Assembly: GCA_026770705.1 (NCBI GenBank)
Contig: JANJGN010000039.1
Location: 3,224,001-3,288,000 of the forward strand
DNA: 64,000 nt
Direction: 5' to 3'
From: Isurus oxyrinchus
Lineage: Eukaryota
Shown piece after piece: positions 14,201 through 27,619 of the stretch. Numbering within the stretch: the stretch's first letter is position 1; each line of letters starts with the position of its first letter. Below the pieces are notes generated by a model. It searched no databases and was not told the DNA's origin. It saw only the letters and a list, made by a program, of their open reading frames with translations. The translations under genes were made by a program, and so were the position numbers.

Positions 14201-17200
14201 ACAGTAAATATAAGCTCGTAAGAAATGCCAGTTATCCTCTCCCCGCTCTCTCTCTATCTCATTCATTCCATGCCCCTCCCTCTCTCTCTCTCTCCCTGCA
14301 TCATAACCTCACTCTCTCTCATTCTTTAAATCATTTTATGTTACTACAGCATAAATGACTTCATCCGCCCAGTTTTCAACACATTTTTTTGCGGGGGCTG
14401 GTGGTGTCTGGTGTGTTTGTGGGCCTGTGTGGCGGGCTGGGTGCGGGGCGTATCGCCAGAATGACGGGACACATTCTGAGAATAGGAGTGACAATTTTAG
14501 GCTCAGGTGTGGAGCATCTTCTTCTCAAAAAGGGTGATGAATCATTGGAATTCTCTTCCCCGAATGTCTGTGGCTGTTCAACTGCTGAGTACATTCAATG
14601 CTGGAATGTAAGGTTTTTGGTAATAACGGATAGGAAGGTACAGCAGGAAAGTTTATGAACGTCATAGATCAGACATCATCATGTTTAAAATCAAAGGAAT
14701 TTCAAAGGGCGAATTGCTTCGTGTCCGTTTAATTTCTCAGGTCATTATGTGTGCGATGCACTTTGCTTTTATACACATTTTATTCATGTATCTCTAGCAG
14801 CCTGTCAGCGCAACTGAAACGTTCTCTCCAAAATGATAATAGAACTTACACACTTTGAATAAGTTGTCCACATTTTCTGCGGTTGGAGAAGCGCATTTAC
14901 ATAACAGGAACAAGTGCCTGGGGAAAGTTGCATGATCTGTGGCTTGAACAGCATGAATAATGACATTCCAGGTAGCAGAAATATTGGAAGGTATTAAATA
15001 TCAATTTAAAGATAAAGTTAAAGATATTAACAAAGCTATGAAATGAACAACATTCATGGTTAGTAATCATAGAAATTTCAAGCAGTGCAATATTTCAGGG
15101 ATGGACGTTTGGGGAACGGGGAAAATGCAATGGGGCCTTTAGTGAGCACAGGACACATCCTAAACCATTAGACAGCGAGTCCACCAAAGCAGCGGCGATG
15201 GATTTAGACATTGGAAGCAAATCAGGGCATTTAGGAGCAATCATGTTAGTTGATGATCGACACATCATCATGAACTTAAACCTCGCCATTTTTTCGGCAA
15301 CGAAATAGAAAGATACGAGAAGAAAGAAGATAGAGAGGGGGAGTGGGGTGCTGTATTCGGGATAAATTAGTCCCAATAAAAGGGAAACAAAATAGCCAAC
15401 CATAAAACATCCACATGAATAAAGGAATCCGAGCAAAGTATAACTGAAGGTAGATATCATTCAGAGAGTAGAGTGACGATAAAAGAGATTCGGGCGGAAC
15501 GCACATCAAGAGGTTAGGGAGGAGTATAGAAGCGTAAGGGAAGCAGCAGCTTGGCAGTAAATCATTAATGATTAAATCAGCGAAACCCTAACATATCCTA
15601 CAAAAATAACAAAATGCAAATCAGTACTGGTTTAGAGACAATATGGATGAATTAGAAAGAATAAGCATAGAGGCATGCGCCGAAATATTCTATGTTTATA
15701 TCTCACACGGTTTCTCTCTAACTCTCTCTCTCTCTCTCCTCAGTCATGATTATATCTGAAAAGCACGCCCTTAGTAAAACAATTTTACAGGAGCTGAGCA
15801 CGCACACGAAACATATTTTACATAAGAAAATTAGCTTTCAAACCACATTTTTAATAATCAAATTCCCTGGATGTGCCGGACTACGACAGTGGCATTATTT
15901 CCTAAATGATGTTGCGGTAATCGGGAGGGATATTAACTGATTGCGTTTCACCTCTGCCTCAGACCAGCCATCCCATCTAATCAACCATCATTCCTAAAAT
16001 GGTTTTATAAAATGTGAGATTGCACGAACACACCTGTTGTCTGGATAGCTGTGAAATTATAGGTAGAAAATAACTGTCAGCGTTTTAGTTGTAATATATA
16101 GTGAAATTACTTCATCAAAGAATTGAGAATCTTTGACATCCTCTACCGCAGAGAGTTGAGGCGTTTTAGTTTTTTACAAAACAAGGTTCACAGACGATTT
16201 TGGTAGAAAAATAATTAAAGACGTTGGGGAAATTTTAGAACTGGAGCTAAGGTAAAAGATCAGGCATGTTTGAAGTGAATTGGAAAGTAAGCTGCAAGGG
16301 ACAAGTCGCCTCCGCCAGCTCCGACAACGGAAATTCATATGACCTCATGTCTGCAGTCAGCTTCGGCCTATTAACCTGAAATGTATATTTACGTCATTTT
16401 TTCACAGCGTGTCTCTCTCTACATGAAGCTATCTGGATTATGATGTGCCATGCCTAAGCGTAATACGCAATATCATCTTTATATAGTCAGGATATTATCG
16501 ATGGAGGATCTGTAACAGGGAGGATGCAGGGAGATGGAACAGATGGGACATTTTCAACTTGTCCGGCTGGAACTCATGGAGCACCGGAGGGATTACTGCT
16601 GGCGACTCCCCTATTTACAAACTGTGTTACCTGATGGAGAGTAATCTATACACATTTGATGTACAGACAAAACACGGTGAGAATTGTAAACCATAGGGTG
16701 GGCCCGAACAGGCTGCAAAGAGGTACACGCATTTTAAATGAAGGGGGAAGCAAGGAGACAAACGGTGTCTGATATTGAAATTTAGGTATTTATATACGTT
16801 TTTAGCAAAGAAAATAAACAGAATAATTTTCAAGTTTTGAAACGTCTGAATATTGAGCTTCACAGGTACTTTATTATTACAGGAACAAGTAACGAGGTCA
16901 TTTGCATGGAGCTAAAGAAAGACATGGGAAGGCAAAGTAAATGTGGCCGTGTACTGCAAGGGCATTTTTGCACGAGAATAGGACAATATATAAACATTTA
17001 TATAGGGCTTTGATGAGACCTGAACTGGTATGGCGTGTGTAATTTCGATATCATATAAGGAGAAGCATAATGTCCTTGAAAGTGGTACAGTAAAGTTTCA
17101 CGCTGTTGGTGTCTGGGATGAAAAGGTTAACCAGTGATGAAAAGCTGACTCAATTGGGCCTCCCTGCAGGATCGTGGAACAAGTGGTGTTCTCATTGATA

Positions 17201-17527
17201 AATGCACGGTTTTATTAGTGGCTGACAAGAGTAGAGACTGAGAGCCCCGCCTCCATTGCCTGGCGAAGTAAATCACATGTGTACATTCACAGGGTTACGG
17301 ATCGATCATTTTAGCTGGAGACGAGTTGAAATGTCTGCATTCAGATTTTGAGGATCTTGGGGATTCCTGGCACCAGTGGGCTTTGTCTGTTTCATCATGC
17401 TGTGCATTCAAGGGGCTGAGACGGACAGTTTTTGATTTTTCCGAGAATCAAGGCATATGGGGAGCTGGTGTGAAATTCAACTTCAGGCTGCAGATGAGCT
17501 ACATTTGTGCTGAATAGTGATGCAAGC

Positions 17528-18160
17528 CAAAAACAAAAACAGAAACTGCTGGAAACCTCAATAGGACGAAAAACATCCATGGAGAGCAAGAAAAACAGAG
17601 CTAACGTTTCGAGCCATTTTTCATTTTTAATTGTTTATTTATAGCCAAATATTTTTGTTTTTTTATTGGTTTAATTATATTCATTGCTTTACCCCCACCT
17701 TAGATCATGTTTTCATGCTTTATCCGAAAACAGTACCCTTCCCCACCCCACTTCGACAAGTACCATCTATCACTTGTTCAAGTTGTGCTCTCCAGAGTGC
17801 ACTTGTCCTACCAATAGCACATTCTTCGTGCTGATCTTAATGCCACAATCAGCATCTCCTTTAACCAGTATCACCATTATTAACACTTCTTCATCATTTT
17901 GTCCATGATATCTCTGACAACCTTTCCTTGGTCTCAACCTATCACTGACCTTCTATCCAACTTCACCTGCTCTACCCACCTTAAACATCACATACTTCAT
18001 TAGATTTTTACCCCTCTTCCGCTCTGAAGAATTGCCATAAGGACTCGAAGCGTTAATCCTGTTTTAATGTCTCCACAGATGCTGTTCGACCTGCATAGCT
18101 TTCCCAGCATTTTCTAATTTTGTTTCAGGGTTCCAGCATCCACAGAATGTATTTTATACA
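17528..18160 (+). mobile_element. Penelope-like element 3' fragment with a decayed hammerhead-like core and a short inverted tail copy
   Basis: ctgaagaattgccataaggactcgaagcg at about 18024-18052 is followed by the cacagatgctg...ccagcatccacag tail. An inverted tail copy is at 17528-17616. The element is absent from duplication copy 1. Confidence 0.65.
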
Positions 18161-18975
18161 TCAGTGGTGAAAGCACTATCAATCATATGATCTTCTGGAG
18201 CACATATTTCTTCAATTCCTACTGTTGGAACTCACAATTGCCTTTATCACAATCCACTTTTTGCAATTTTGTCCTTTCACTTCAACTATCAAAGCCTTGC
18301 TGTAATGACAAGCTTCCAATTAAATTCCTTGTTACTGATGCCTATATTTATGTCATCAGAAACTTTATATTTGTGGCCTTCCAAACTTCATCTAATTTAT
18401 CAGTCACTGCAGTGAATAGTTGAGATCCTTGTGGGACACCGGGAGTCACAGCCTGCCAATCGTTATCGTTATCCATTGCCTCTGCCCTCTGGCTTCTTCC
18501 CACTGATCTCTAGCCAAAGAAATATTGCCTGCAATTGCATTAGTGTGAAACTGAGCTGGCAGTCTCTTATGCAGGAGTTTAGCAGATGTAGATACACTTA
18601 GAAATAATAGACACTGCTCTGTCAAACACTTGTGTAGACACTTCAAAACATTAAATGTCATTCTTCAGGCAGAACGTACCCTTTAAAAGTAACGTTGGCT
18701 TTCTCTGATCAGCTGAAGCACTTCGATATGTTGACACGCACTTTTTCTCATAGTGACCTGTCGTAACATCCCTACAACAAAGCTTAGTCCAGCTGATTTA
18801 GAATTCCCTGGTTTCCTTCTGATTTATTTCTTAAACGGCAGAGCGAAATGCAATATGTTCTAAGGTTAAGGAGAGGTAGCCAACTGAACATAATTGTATA
18901 AGTTTATAGTTAAAAAGACCTGTAGCACTTGAGTGCATCCTTTAATATCCTGCAATAAAACAATCTGGTCCTGAA

Positions 18976-21900
18976 AATCTGCAAGTGTTTTGTATCATTA
19001 ATTTCTCCAATACTATTCTCCTGCTGACGTGAACAATTTGGAGCCTTTTGTTTCTGATTTGCTATTAATTTCCTTGGGATGCCTTGCCTTTTGAACTCCC
19101 CCTTCAACTCAAGTATACAGGAGAGCATTTAATTTGAATAGAAGCAAAACACCGATGATGCTGGAAAATGACAACAAAAAATAAAAACAAAGAACCTGCA
19201 AAAATTCAGCAGGTCATATAGAATTATTCAGAATTATTCAAAATGTCTTTAATCCCGTTATTTTCATTGACAATGGCTTAATTATCAGATGTAACTAGCC
19301 TCACATCGCTTCTGGCTATTCGATTGTTAGAGACATGGAACATCAAAGCAGGAGTAGGTCATTTAGCCGTTATAAACTGCTCTGCTATTCAAAGTCATTA
19401 CGGTGATACATTATTGTAACTCTGCACTCTCCTGCTCTCATCAAGTTTATTAAAAACTTGAGCGTCTATAAATCTTTTTCCTTCTTAAATATATTCAGTG
19501 ACCAGGCCAACATAGCCTTCTGTCGAGGAGAATGGCATACATCTACCTGAACATGAGTGAATAAGTTTCTCCTCATCTCAGTCAGAAGTGTATATCCTTG
19601 ACATGAGATTGTGGCCACATTATGTCGAAGCACCGCTAGAAGAAACATCATCACTTCATGCTCCATGTCCGTCCCTGTCAGAATGTTGTTCATTGAATGA
19701 GACCCTCTCCCATTTACCTAAACTCCAGCAAATACAGGCTTACGCGGCCCAATGGCTCTTCCTGTGGCAGTCCTGCCATCCCAGGAAACATTCTGCTGAG
19801 CATTCGTTGCACTCACTATATGGAAATGCATAATTCCCTAGGTAGGGTGAAGAGCACTTCACACACTACTCCACGTGAGCTCTCACCAAGCGCGAGAAAT
19901 ACTGCAGGAAGTCATCCAAACTCCTGTGAACAAGTCCTCAGGCAATGTATTCAAAATCACCAAATCCAAAGGTTCTCCCTTAACTATTCTGCTAGTCACA
20001 TACCATTGTCAAATGTTTACATGGTTATTTTGGTATTCAGTGCGTGCTTCTTTAAATATTGTCCTTTTGCGATCCTTCCTTTCACATCTGTCATTTTTTT
20101 TTTTTTGCTCTCTGTACCTTTCCCACCCAGCTGGATCTGTGCTTATGCATTTATTTATGCCTTTATTTTATTTTCCCGCCATGTTGTTTCTTGACTCCTA
20201 GCTGCCAATGAATGTATTTTTGGCAAGTCGATGTAATGCATATTTATATGTAAGTTGATCCCTGCCACTGCATAAAGTATCTTTCAGCAACCCTCCAATA
20301 TTGTTTGTCCTTCTCATTCACAGAATGGTACCCTCGGTGTTTGCCAGAGCGGAAATATTACCCGAAAACTCAAGAATCCCCCCACCTCTCTTGGATGGGG
20401 TGGTCTGCTTAACACAATCTTCATGGAAGCTGCATTGAAAAAGATGTAATTAAGGCAAATATAAAGTTATAACTAGTACATATCTGCTATTCAGGGAACG
20501 GGAATAGATCTCAGGAAGGAATGCTCAGGAAAAAATAATGAAATGCAAAGGGATAAATTAACAAACGTGCATTTTTATAACGTCAACAATGGGTTTCAGA
20601 ATAATACATGTTCTCCTGAAAATCAAGAAGAAGCTGGTCACAATAAAGCCCCATGGCAAAAGGAACCTTTCAACAAAATTGAAAGTAAAGTGAAAGGTAA
20701 TTAAAAAATGTAATGAATAGAAAGAAGAATACAACAAAGAGGAGCCGGTAGCCTTTAGAATTAGGGTCAAGATAAAAAGTTAGGACCGCAAAGTGGAACT
20801 AAGACATTTACTTTTCACCTTACATAACAAGAAACAGTAAAGCAGACCATAAGGAAGTTCATCTCAAGAAGGACCCAGCATTATAGGAAGGAATGTGATT
20901 GCACTGGAGTGCTTGCTGCTGGTATCATGAGGATGTTGCCTAGAATGAAACATTATTGTTACGAAGAGAGGTTGCAAAGACTGGTTTGTTTGCTTTGGAG
21001 CAGAAAAGGCTGAGGGGCGACCTGATCGAGGTTTACAAGATTATGAGGAGCATGGACAGGGTGGAGAAGGAGCAGCTGTGCCCCTTCTATGAAGGGCCAG
21101 TCACGAAGGGACACAAGTTCAAGGTGAGAGGCATGAGGTTCAGTGGGGATATGAGGAATAACCTTTTTATCCAGAGGGTGGGGAGGTTGGCAGAGCCGCG
21201 TTGCCACACATCCATAGTTAACACCTGAATGAGCACTTGGCACGTGAGAAAATTCAAGGCTATGACCAAGTGCTGGTAAATGGGATTAGGTAGGTAGGTC
21301 AGGTGTTTCTCACATGGTTGTTGCGGACTCGATGGGCCGAAGGGCCTCTTCTGCGCTGCGTGATACTGTCATTAATTCAGGTTCATTAACGGGCGGACAG
21401 GGTAACTCAAGTCATGAGCTGAGAAACAACAGGTACTTACTTCCCCTCACGTTTGGAAATCAATGTGACTTTACACATTTACACTCACAACACTTTCCTC
21501 ATTATCCCTTCTGGACGCATCACAGTCCCTCAGACCAGATCTCCCTCTCTTTGTGTCTCATTCGCATTGATCAGGGCGTTTACTCTTTATTTGCTGCTCT
21601 GTCTCTGCCCCTCTCCCATATTTGTGCCAACGCTCCAAATCAAGACGGCTCCTCTATCATTGTTTGTGCCAGCACAACAACTTATTGTGTTATGTTATTC
21701 TTAGATTGATGTCACTGTCAAGGCCGGCATTTATTACCCAACCCTAATTGCCCTTAAACCGAGTGGCTTGCCAGTCGTTTTCAGTAGGTCATTGTGGGTT
21801 AAACATTTTGCAGAAGACTTGAATTCACATGCAGGCCAGGCCACGTAAGGGTGACAGGTTTACTTTACTTAAGGGCATTAGTGACCAGATGGATTTTTAC

Positions 21901-23155
21901 GACAACTGGTTCATTGTGACCGTCGCTGAGACCAGCTCCCCAATTCCTGTTTATCAATTGAATTTAAATGTCAGCAGCTGCCGCGCTGGAATTTGAGTTT
22001 GGTCATCTGGATTACTGGACCTGTGACGTTACCGCTATGTCACCGTGCTCCGCCCATCTACCCCCACAACCCTGCCCAACCTCAACCCCAACACCCACAC
22101 CCCCCAAACCCCGCACGCTGCGTGACCCCGCCTCAGCTGCTGTTTCCACATTTTTAAAATGAACTTTCATGCATGTATCAAAGTATTGTTGAGTCTTGCA
22201 CGATGTTGTTTTTAACCTGCGGGAAGTTAATGTTTGGATTTAAATTATGCCTCAGTTCAGCCTCCCTGAACTCAGCAGAATTCCACAACTCATTTCTTTC
22301 AATTCAAATTGAAGTGAATATATTCAAAGTTTGACTATACTTGCTGGCTGGGGAAACGAACTTAAGACACATCCTCTGAGATTAAGACCCCATAACCTAG
22401 TGGTAATTTTAGGAGGAATGACTTCACACAATTTTTGTAAACATTGGAATCATCCACCGCAAAGAGTTGTCGATGTTCAGCCGTTGTGCATAGCTGGGGC
22501 TGACATTGATAGATTTTGGATAATAAGTCATTTGAAGATACTAAAGGAAGGGAGTGTTAATGATATATCAGCAGTATGTTTGGTTTTGCAACATCAGCGA
22601 GCCGAATGTCAAACCGCTGCTTATATTTCTGATGACTGTATGTCTGCGTTGTGCGTTGCTCTTTAAATCTTCTTGGTATTTTTCTCTTATTTCTGACAGT
22701 CTGTCTCTGTAATTGAAGCTGATTTTGCCAAATACTAAATTTATCTGAAACTTCTGAATAATTTGTAAGCAATTGCTGCTGAACTACTGATCAGAATTCC
22801 AAATCCAGAACACATTCCTGAGTGAAGGCTGCGTCAGAGCCACATTAAATAACATGAACAATTACATTCCAGAAACCATCACAATAATACGATATTCACC
22901 CAAATTGTACTGACAGGTCTGGATATTGTTTAAAATCCACAGGAGAAATGAATGATCACTTTAGGTGAAAATGGGGACATCACCTGTCAGAGATTAATAG
23001 CTTGTTCTGACAAGGATTTGGAAAAAAACAATTAAAGTAAGAGAATCCCAAAAGTAATTGATTGGGGGTTGGGAGGAACTAATATTCTGTCAGTGGGAAT
23101 GTAATTTGAGTAAATGGACTGGAATAGAAAATTGTCGAAAAGCACAACAAATATT
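18976..23155 (+). repeat. Tandem segmental duplication, copy 3 (partial; ends at the minisatellite)
   Basis: Collinear with about 1-3720 of copy 1. Confidence 0.8.
20884..21369 (+). mobile_element. CR1 LINE 3' fragment, present only in duplication copy 3
   Basis: ORF 20956 (LEQKRLRGDLIEVYKIMR) is the CR1 ORF2 C-terminus. It is flanked by catta at 20879-20883 and 21370-21374. Confidence 0.88.
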
Positions 23156-23159
23156 TTAG

Positions 23160-25070
23160 CAGTTCGTGTGATCAGTAATTTCAGAGACAGTGGGATTTGG
23201 GGACTTAGTTTCAGTGGGATTTGTGCATACAGTGATAATGGATTGTGGAGCCTGAATGATAGTTGGATTTGTGGATTCTGTGTGAGTTGTATTTGGGGCC
23301 TAATTGTTAGTGGGATTTGTGGGATCAGTGATAGCTGAATTTGGGGCTTCAATATTAGTGGGATTTGTGGGTTCAGTGTTAGTGAGATTTGGGGCAAAAC
23401 TGTTAGTGAAATTTGTCAGTACGGGATGAGGCAAACTTGGGGCTAACTGTTAGTGAGGTTTGTTGGTTCAGTGTTAGTGGAATTTGGGGCCTAAGTGTTG
23501 TTGGGATTTTTGTGTTCATTGATAGTAGAACCTGGACCTAAGTGTTCTTTGGATCGATGGGGCCAGTGATTTTGGAATTTTGGGAAAAACTGTTTGTAGG
23601 ATTCGTGGGTTCAGTGATAGTGGAATCGGGGTTCTCCATTAGATTGGGTTTAGGATTCAGTGACAGTGAAATTACGGTCTCAATTGCTAATGGGATTTCA
23701 GGGTTCAGTGAAAGTGGAATTTGGGGCCTTCATGTTAGTAGCATTTCTGGTCGAAATGTCAATAGGATCTATGGGTTCTCTGAGAGTGGAATTTGGGGCC
23801 AAAGTTTTAGAGGATTTGTGGACTCAGTTTTAGTGAAATGTAGGGTCTTAATTTTAATGGGATTGGTACGTTCACTGTTAGTGGGACATGATGCCTAACA
23901 TTTAATGGGATTTGTGTGTTCAGTGATAGTGGAATTATGGGCCTAGGTGTTACTGGGATGTGTGGGTAAATTGATAGCTATTTTTGGGGCCAGTTGTTAG
24001 TGGAAATTGTGGGTTCAGTGACAGTGGAATTTGGAGACCAAGTGTTAGTAACGATTTGTGGTTTCATGGACAGGGGAAATTGGGGTCTAGGTTTTTATGG
24101 GAAAGGTTTGTTCAGTGATGATGGGATTTGGGGCCTAAGTGTTAGTTTACTTTGTGCATTTACTCTTCATGGAATTTGCGGCATAACTGTTAGCCGGATT
24201 TGTGGGTTCAGTGATTGTGAAATTTGGGGCCATAGTGATCTTAGAATTTGGAGTTTCATGGATAGTGGAATTTGTGGCATAACTGTTTGCTGGACATTTC
24301 GGTTCTGTGATATTGGAATTTGGGAAATACATTTTAGTGGGTTTTCTTGGTTCAGTGATACTGGAATCCGGTCCCTAATTGTTAGTGGTATTTGTGGGAT
24401 AAGGGATAGTGGAATTTGGGACCTAAGTGTTAGTGGCATATGTAATTTGAGTGATCATGAAATTTTGGCCCTGACTGTCAGTGGCAATTCTGGGTTGAGA
24501 GTTAGTCGGATTTGAGGCCTAAGTGGTAGTGGCATTGGTGCGTTCAATGTTAGTGGAATATGAGCCTTAAGTGTTAGTGGGATTTTTGGGTTCATTGATA
24601 GTGGACTTTGGGGAGTAAGTGTTCATGGGGTTTGTGGGTTTAGTGACAGTGAAATTTGGGGCCGAGTTTTTAGTGGGATTTCAGAGTTCAGTGATAGTGG
24701 AATGTGGAGCTTTAATGATAGTTTGATTTGTGGGTTCAATGTAAGTGGAATTTGGGACCTCACTGATAGTGGGATTTGTGGGTTCAGTGTAAGTGGAATT
24801 TGGGGCCTCCCTGATAGTGGGATTTGTGGGTTCAGTGTAAGTGGAATTTGGGGCCTCCCTGATAGTGGGATTTGTGGGTTCAGTGTAAGTGGAATTTGGG
24901 GCCTCCCTGATAGTGGGATTTGTGGGTTCAGTGTAAGTGGAATTTGGGGCCTCCCTGATAGTGGGATTTGTGGGTTCTTTCTTTGTGGGATTTTTGGACT
25001 AAGTGTTAGTGGCAATTGTGTGTTCAGTGACAGAGGAATTTGGGGCCAGAGTGTCAATGGGATTTGTTAT
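23160..25070. repeat. GT-rich minisatellite, 24-bp monomers arranged as a 48-bp dimer
   Basis: The unit tgatagtgggatttgtgggttcagtgtaagtggaatttggggcctccc is near-perfect at 24764, 24812, 24860, 24908 and (partial) 24956, and degenerate elsewhere. Confidence 0.95.
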
Positions 25071-25094
25071 AAATGATGAGAAGCTGGAAACAGT

Positions 25095-26147
25095 GGAGCT
25101 CACATACAGACATGTGTGCACACTCAGAAAGATATATTCTCTCTCACATACAAACACTCACACATTCTTTCTCTCACACAAACACACCCAGACAGATATA
25201 TTCTTCCTCATACAGAGATACACACAGTCAATCTCACACATAAATGTTCTTCCTTTCTCTCTCTCTCACACCCCCCCCCCAAACACACACACACCCACTC
25301 TCTCTTATACTCACACAAGCATACACACAATCTTTCTCTCTGTATCACACACACACTCACTCACTCTCGCTTTTTAACTCTCACGCACACACACACACAC
25401 ACACTCAGTCACTCTCCCTCTCTCTCACTCACACACACACACATTCTCTCTCTCTCTTACTCATTGGCATACAGATTTGCACAGATATATTATTTATTTG
25501 ACAAAGACACAATCTCACACATGCAGGCCCAATCACACAGTTATATTTCCACTCACACACCAGTAGACATTCTTACTCAAACACAGACACTTACACACAG
25601 AGAGTAACACACTTGCACAGATATATTCTTTGTTATAGACACAGACAAACAAACACACACACATCCCCTCACACACACAGCCAAACTTACACTGACATAT
25701 TCTCTATTCCACACACAAACAGAAACAATTCCCACATGCACACACTCACACAGATATATTCTTTCTCACAGACACACAGCGTCACTCTCTCAAACCACAC
25801 ACTCACACGGATATATTCTTTCTGATACATACACACACAAACACACAGTCACATGTATATTCTCTATCACACGTACACACATTCTCTCTCTTACAGAAAC
25901 TAATTATCTCTCTCACGCACACACACACACACACACACATGCACAGACATGCATACACAGAAATGCACACATGGGCACATTCACACAGATCTCTGTTCTC
26001 TCATGCAATCATTCTCACCCTCACACAAACACGCCCACACAAATCTGTTCTATCTCATACATACATATGGATACTCAGTCACACCCACACAGATATATTC
26101 TCTTTCTGATACAAACAAACACACACACTTTCCATAACCTCTTTTAG

Positions 26148-26183
<36 letters not shown>

Positions 26184-27490
26184 TCCTTCTCTCAGACAAA
26201 CACACCACGACAGATATATTATTTGTCATTCATAGACACACACCCACACAGATACATTCTCCATCTCTCCATCTCACACACACATATTCTCTCTCTCTCG
26301 AAGAAAAACACAAACTCTCTCTCTCCCTCTCACTCCCACACACATTCTCTCTCACTTTCTCACACACACACTCACTCTGTCTCACTCACACACACACTTT
26401 CTTTCTCTCTCACATACTCAGACCGATATGTTATTTCTTCTACATAAGCAGATATTTTCTCTGACTATCACACACACTCACACAGATATATTCTTTCAGC
26501 TTTGTGCACAGACACACAATCAGACACATTTATTCTCGCTCACACCCACACAGATTCCCTCTCATTCAGACACCAATTATCCCTCTTTCACCCATACACA
26601 CAGATACACACACAAACAACCTTGCGCATGCATGCGCAAACACACATACACACACAGTCACATTCACAAATATTTATTCCCCTCTCCCAATCATAAACAC
26701 ACACACTCTCTCTCTCACACATGCATACACAAACATGTACCTGCAGGCACACTCAAACAGATATATTTTCTCTCTCGCACATGTGCTCATAGACACACAC
26801 ACACACGTGCATTCGCTGGCACATTCACACAAATATATGCATTATCTGACACATACACAAACACACACACACTTTCCCTCTCCCACACACAATTACATAC
26901 ACACAAATAAACTCACAAATAACATCACATACAGTCACACTCACAGATATGTTCACCCTCACACGCACATGCACACACAATCTATCTCTCACACACAGTC
27001 TCACACACACACACTTGCATAGATATATTATTTCTTAAAGACGCTGACACACTCAAGCACACAAACACAAATGCTCTCTCTCACACAGACAAACGCTCGG
27101 AGATATATTATTTCATTTACCCGCGCACACACACACATTCTCTCTCTCTCACACACACTCACGCAGATATATTCTCTCATACATACAGACACATACACAA
27201 ACACACACACAGTTACACTCTCACAGATATTCAATCTCACACGCGCATGCACACACACATATTCTCTCTCACATAAACATATGACCACATTCACAGAGAC
27301 GTATTTTATCTCACACACAAACACAGACACCCACAGGGTCAAACTTTCTCATACACGGAAACACACACGTACAAATACCCTCACACACACACTCACACAG
27401 ATACATTCTCTCTCTCTCACACACAAAGGCAAAGAAACATGCACTCACCTTCATACACACACAGTAACACTCACAAAGATATATTATCAC
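25095..27490. repeat. CA/CT-rich low-complexity tract with a recurrent cacagatatattctctctc motif
   Basis: Visible (CA)n and (CT)n runs with an interspersed repeated motif. Confidence 0.95.
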
Positions 27491-27619
27491 CAGCTGATTT
27501 TAAAATCGATTATTGACCTTATCTTCACGGACCTGTCAACACATCCGTAGTAAGATATGGGCATATTTCACAGCCGAAATCACACAATACCGCCAGCAAT
27601 GTGTGTGATATTTTGGAAA

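Larger units (their letters stand above)
6446..18975 (+). repeat. Tandem segmental duplication, copy 2 (expanded by a LINE, a Penelope-like insertion and extra internal modules)
   Basis: Same anchors as copy 1, plus taaaagatcaggcatgtt at about 4388/16253 and gtgaa(c/t)agttgagatcc at 5862/18412. Confidence 0.8.

Noticed and set aside
23032-25076. Repetitive ORFs (SGICGFSVSGIWGLPD / PQIPLTLN repeats)
   Set aside because: These are translations of the 24/48-bp minisatellite, broken by stops and frameshifts on both strands.
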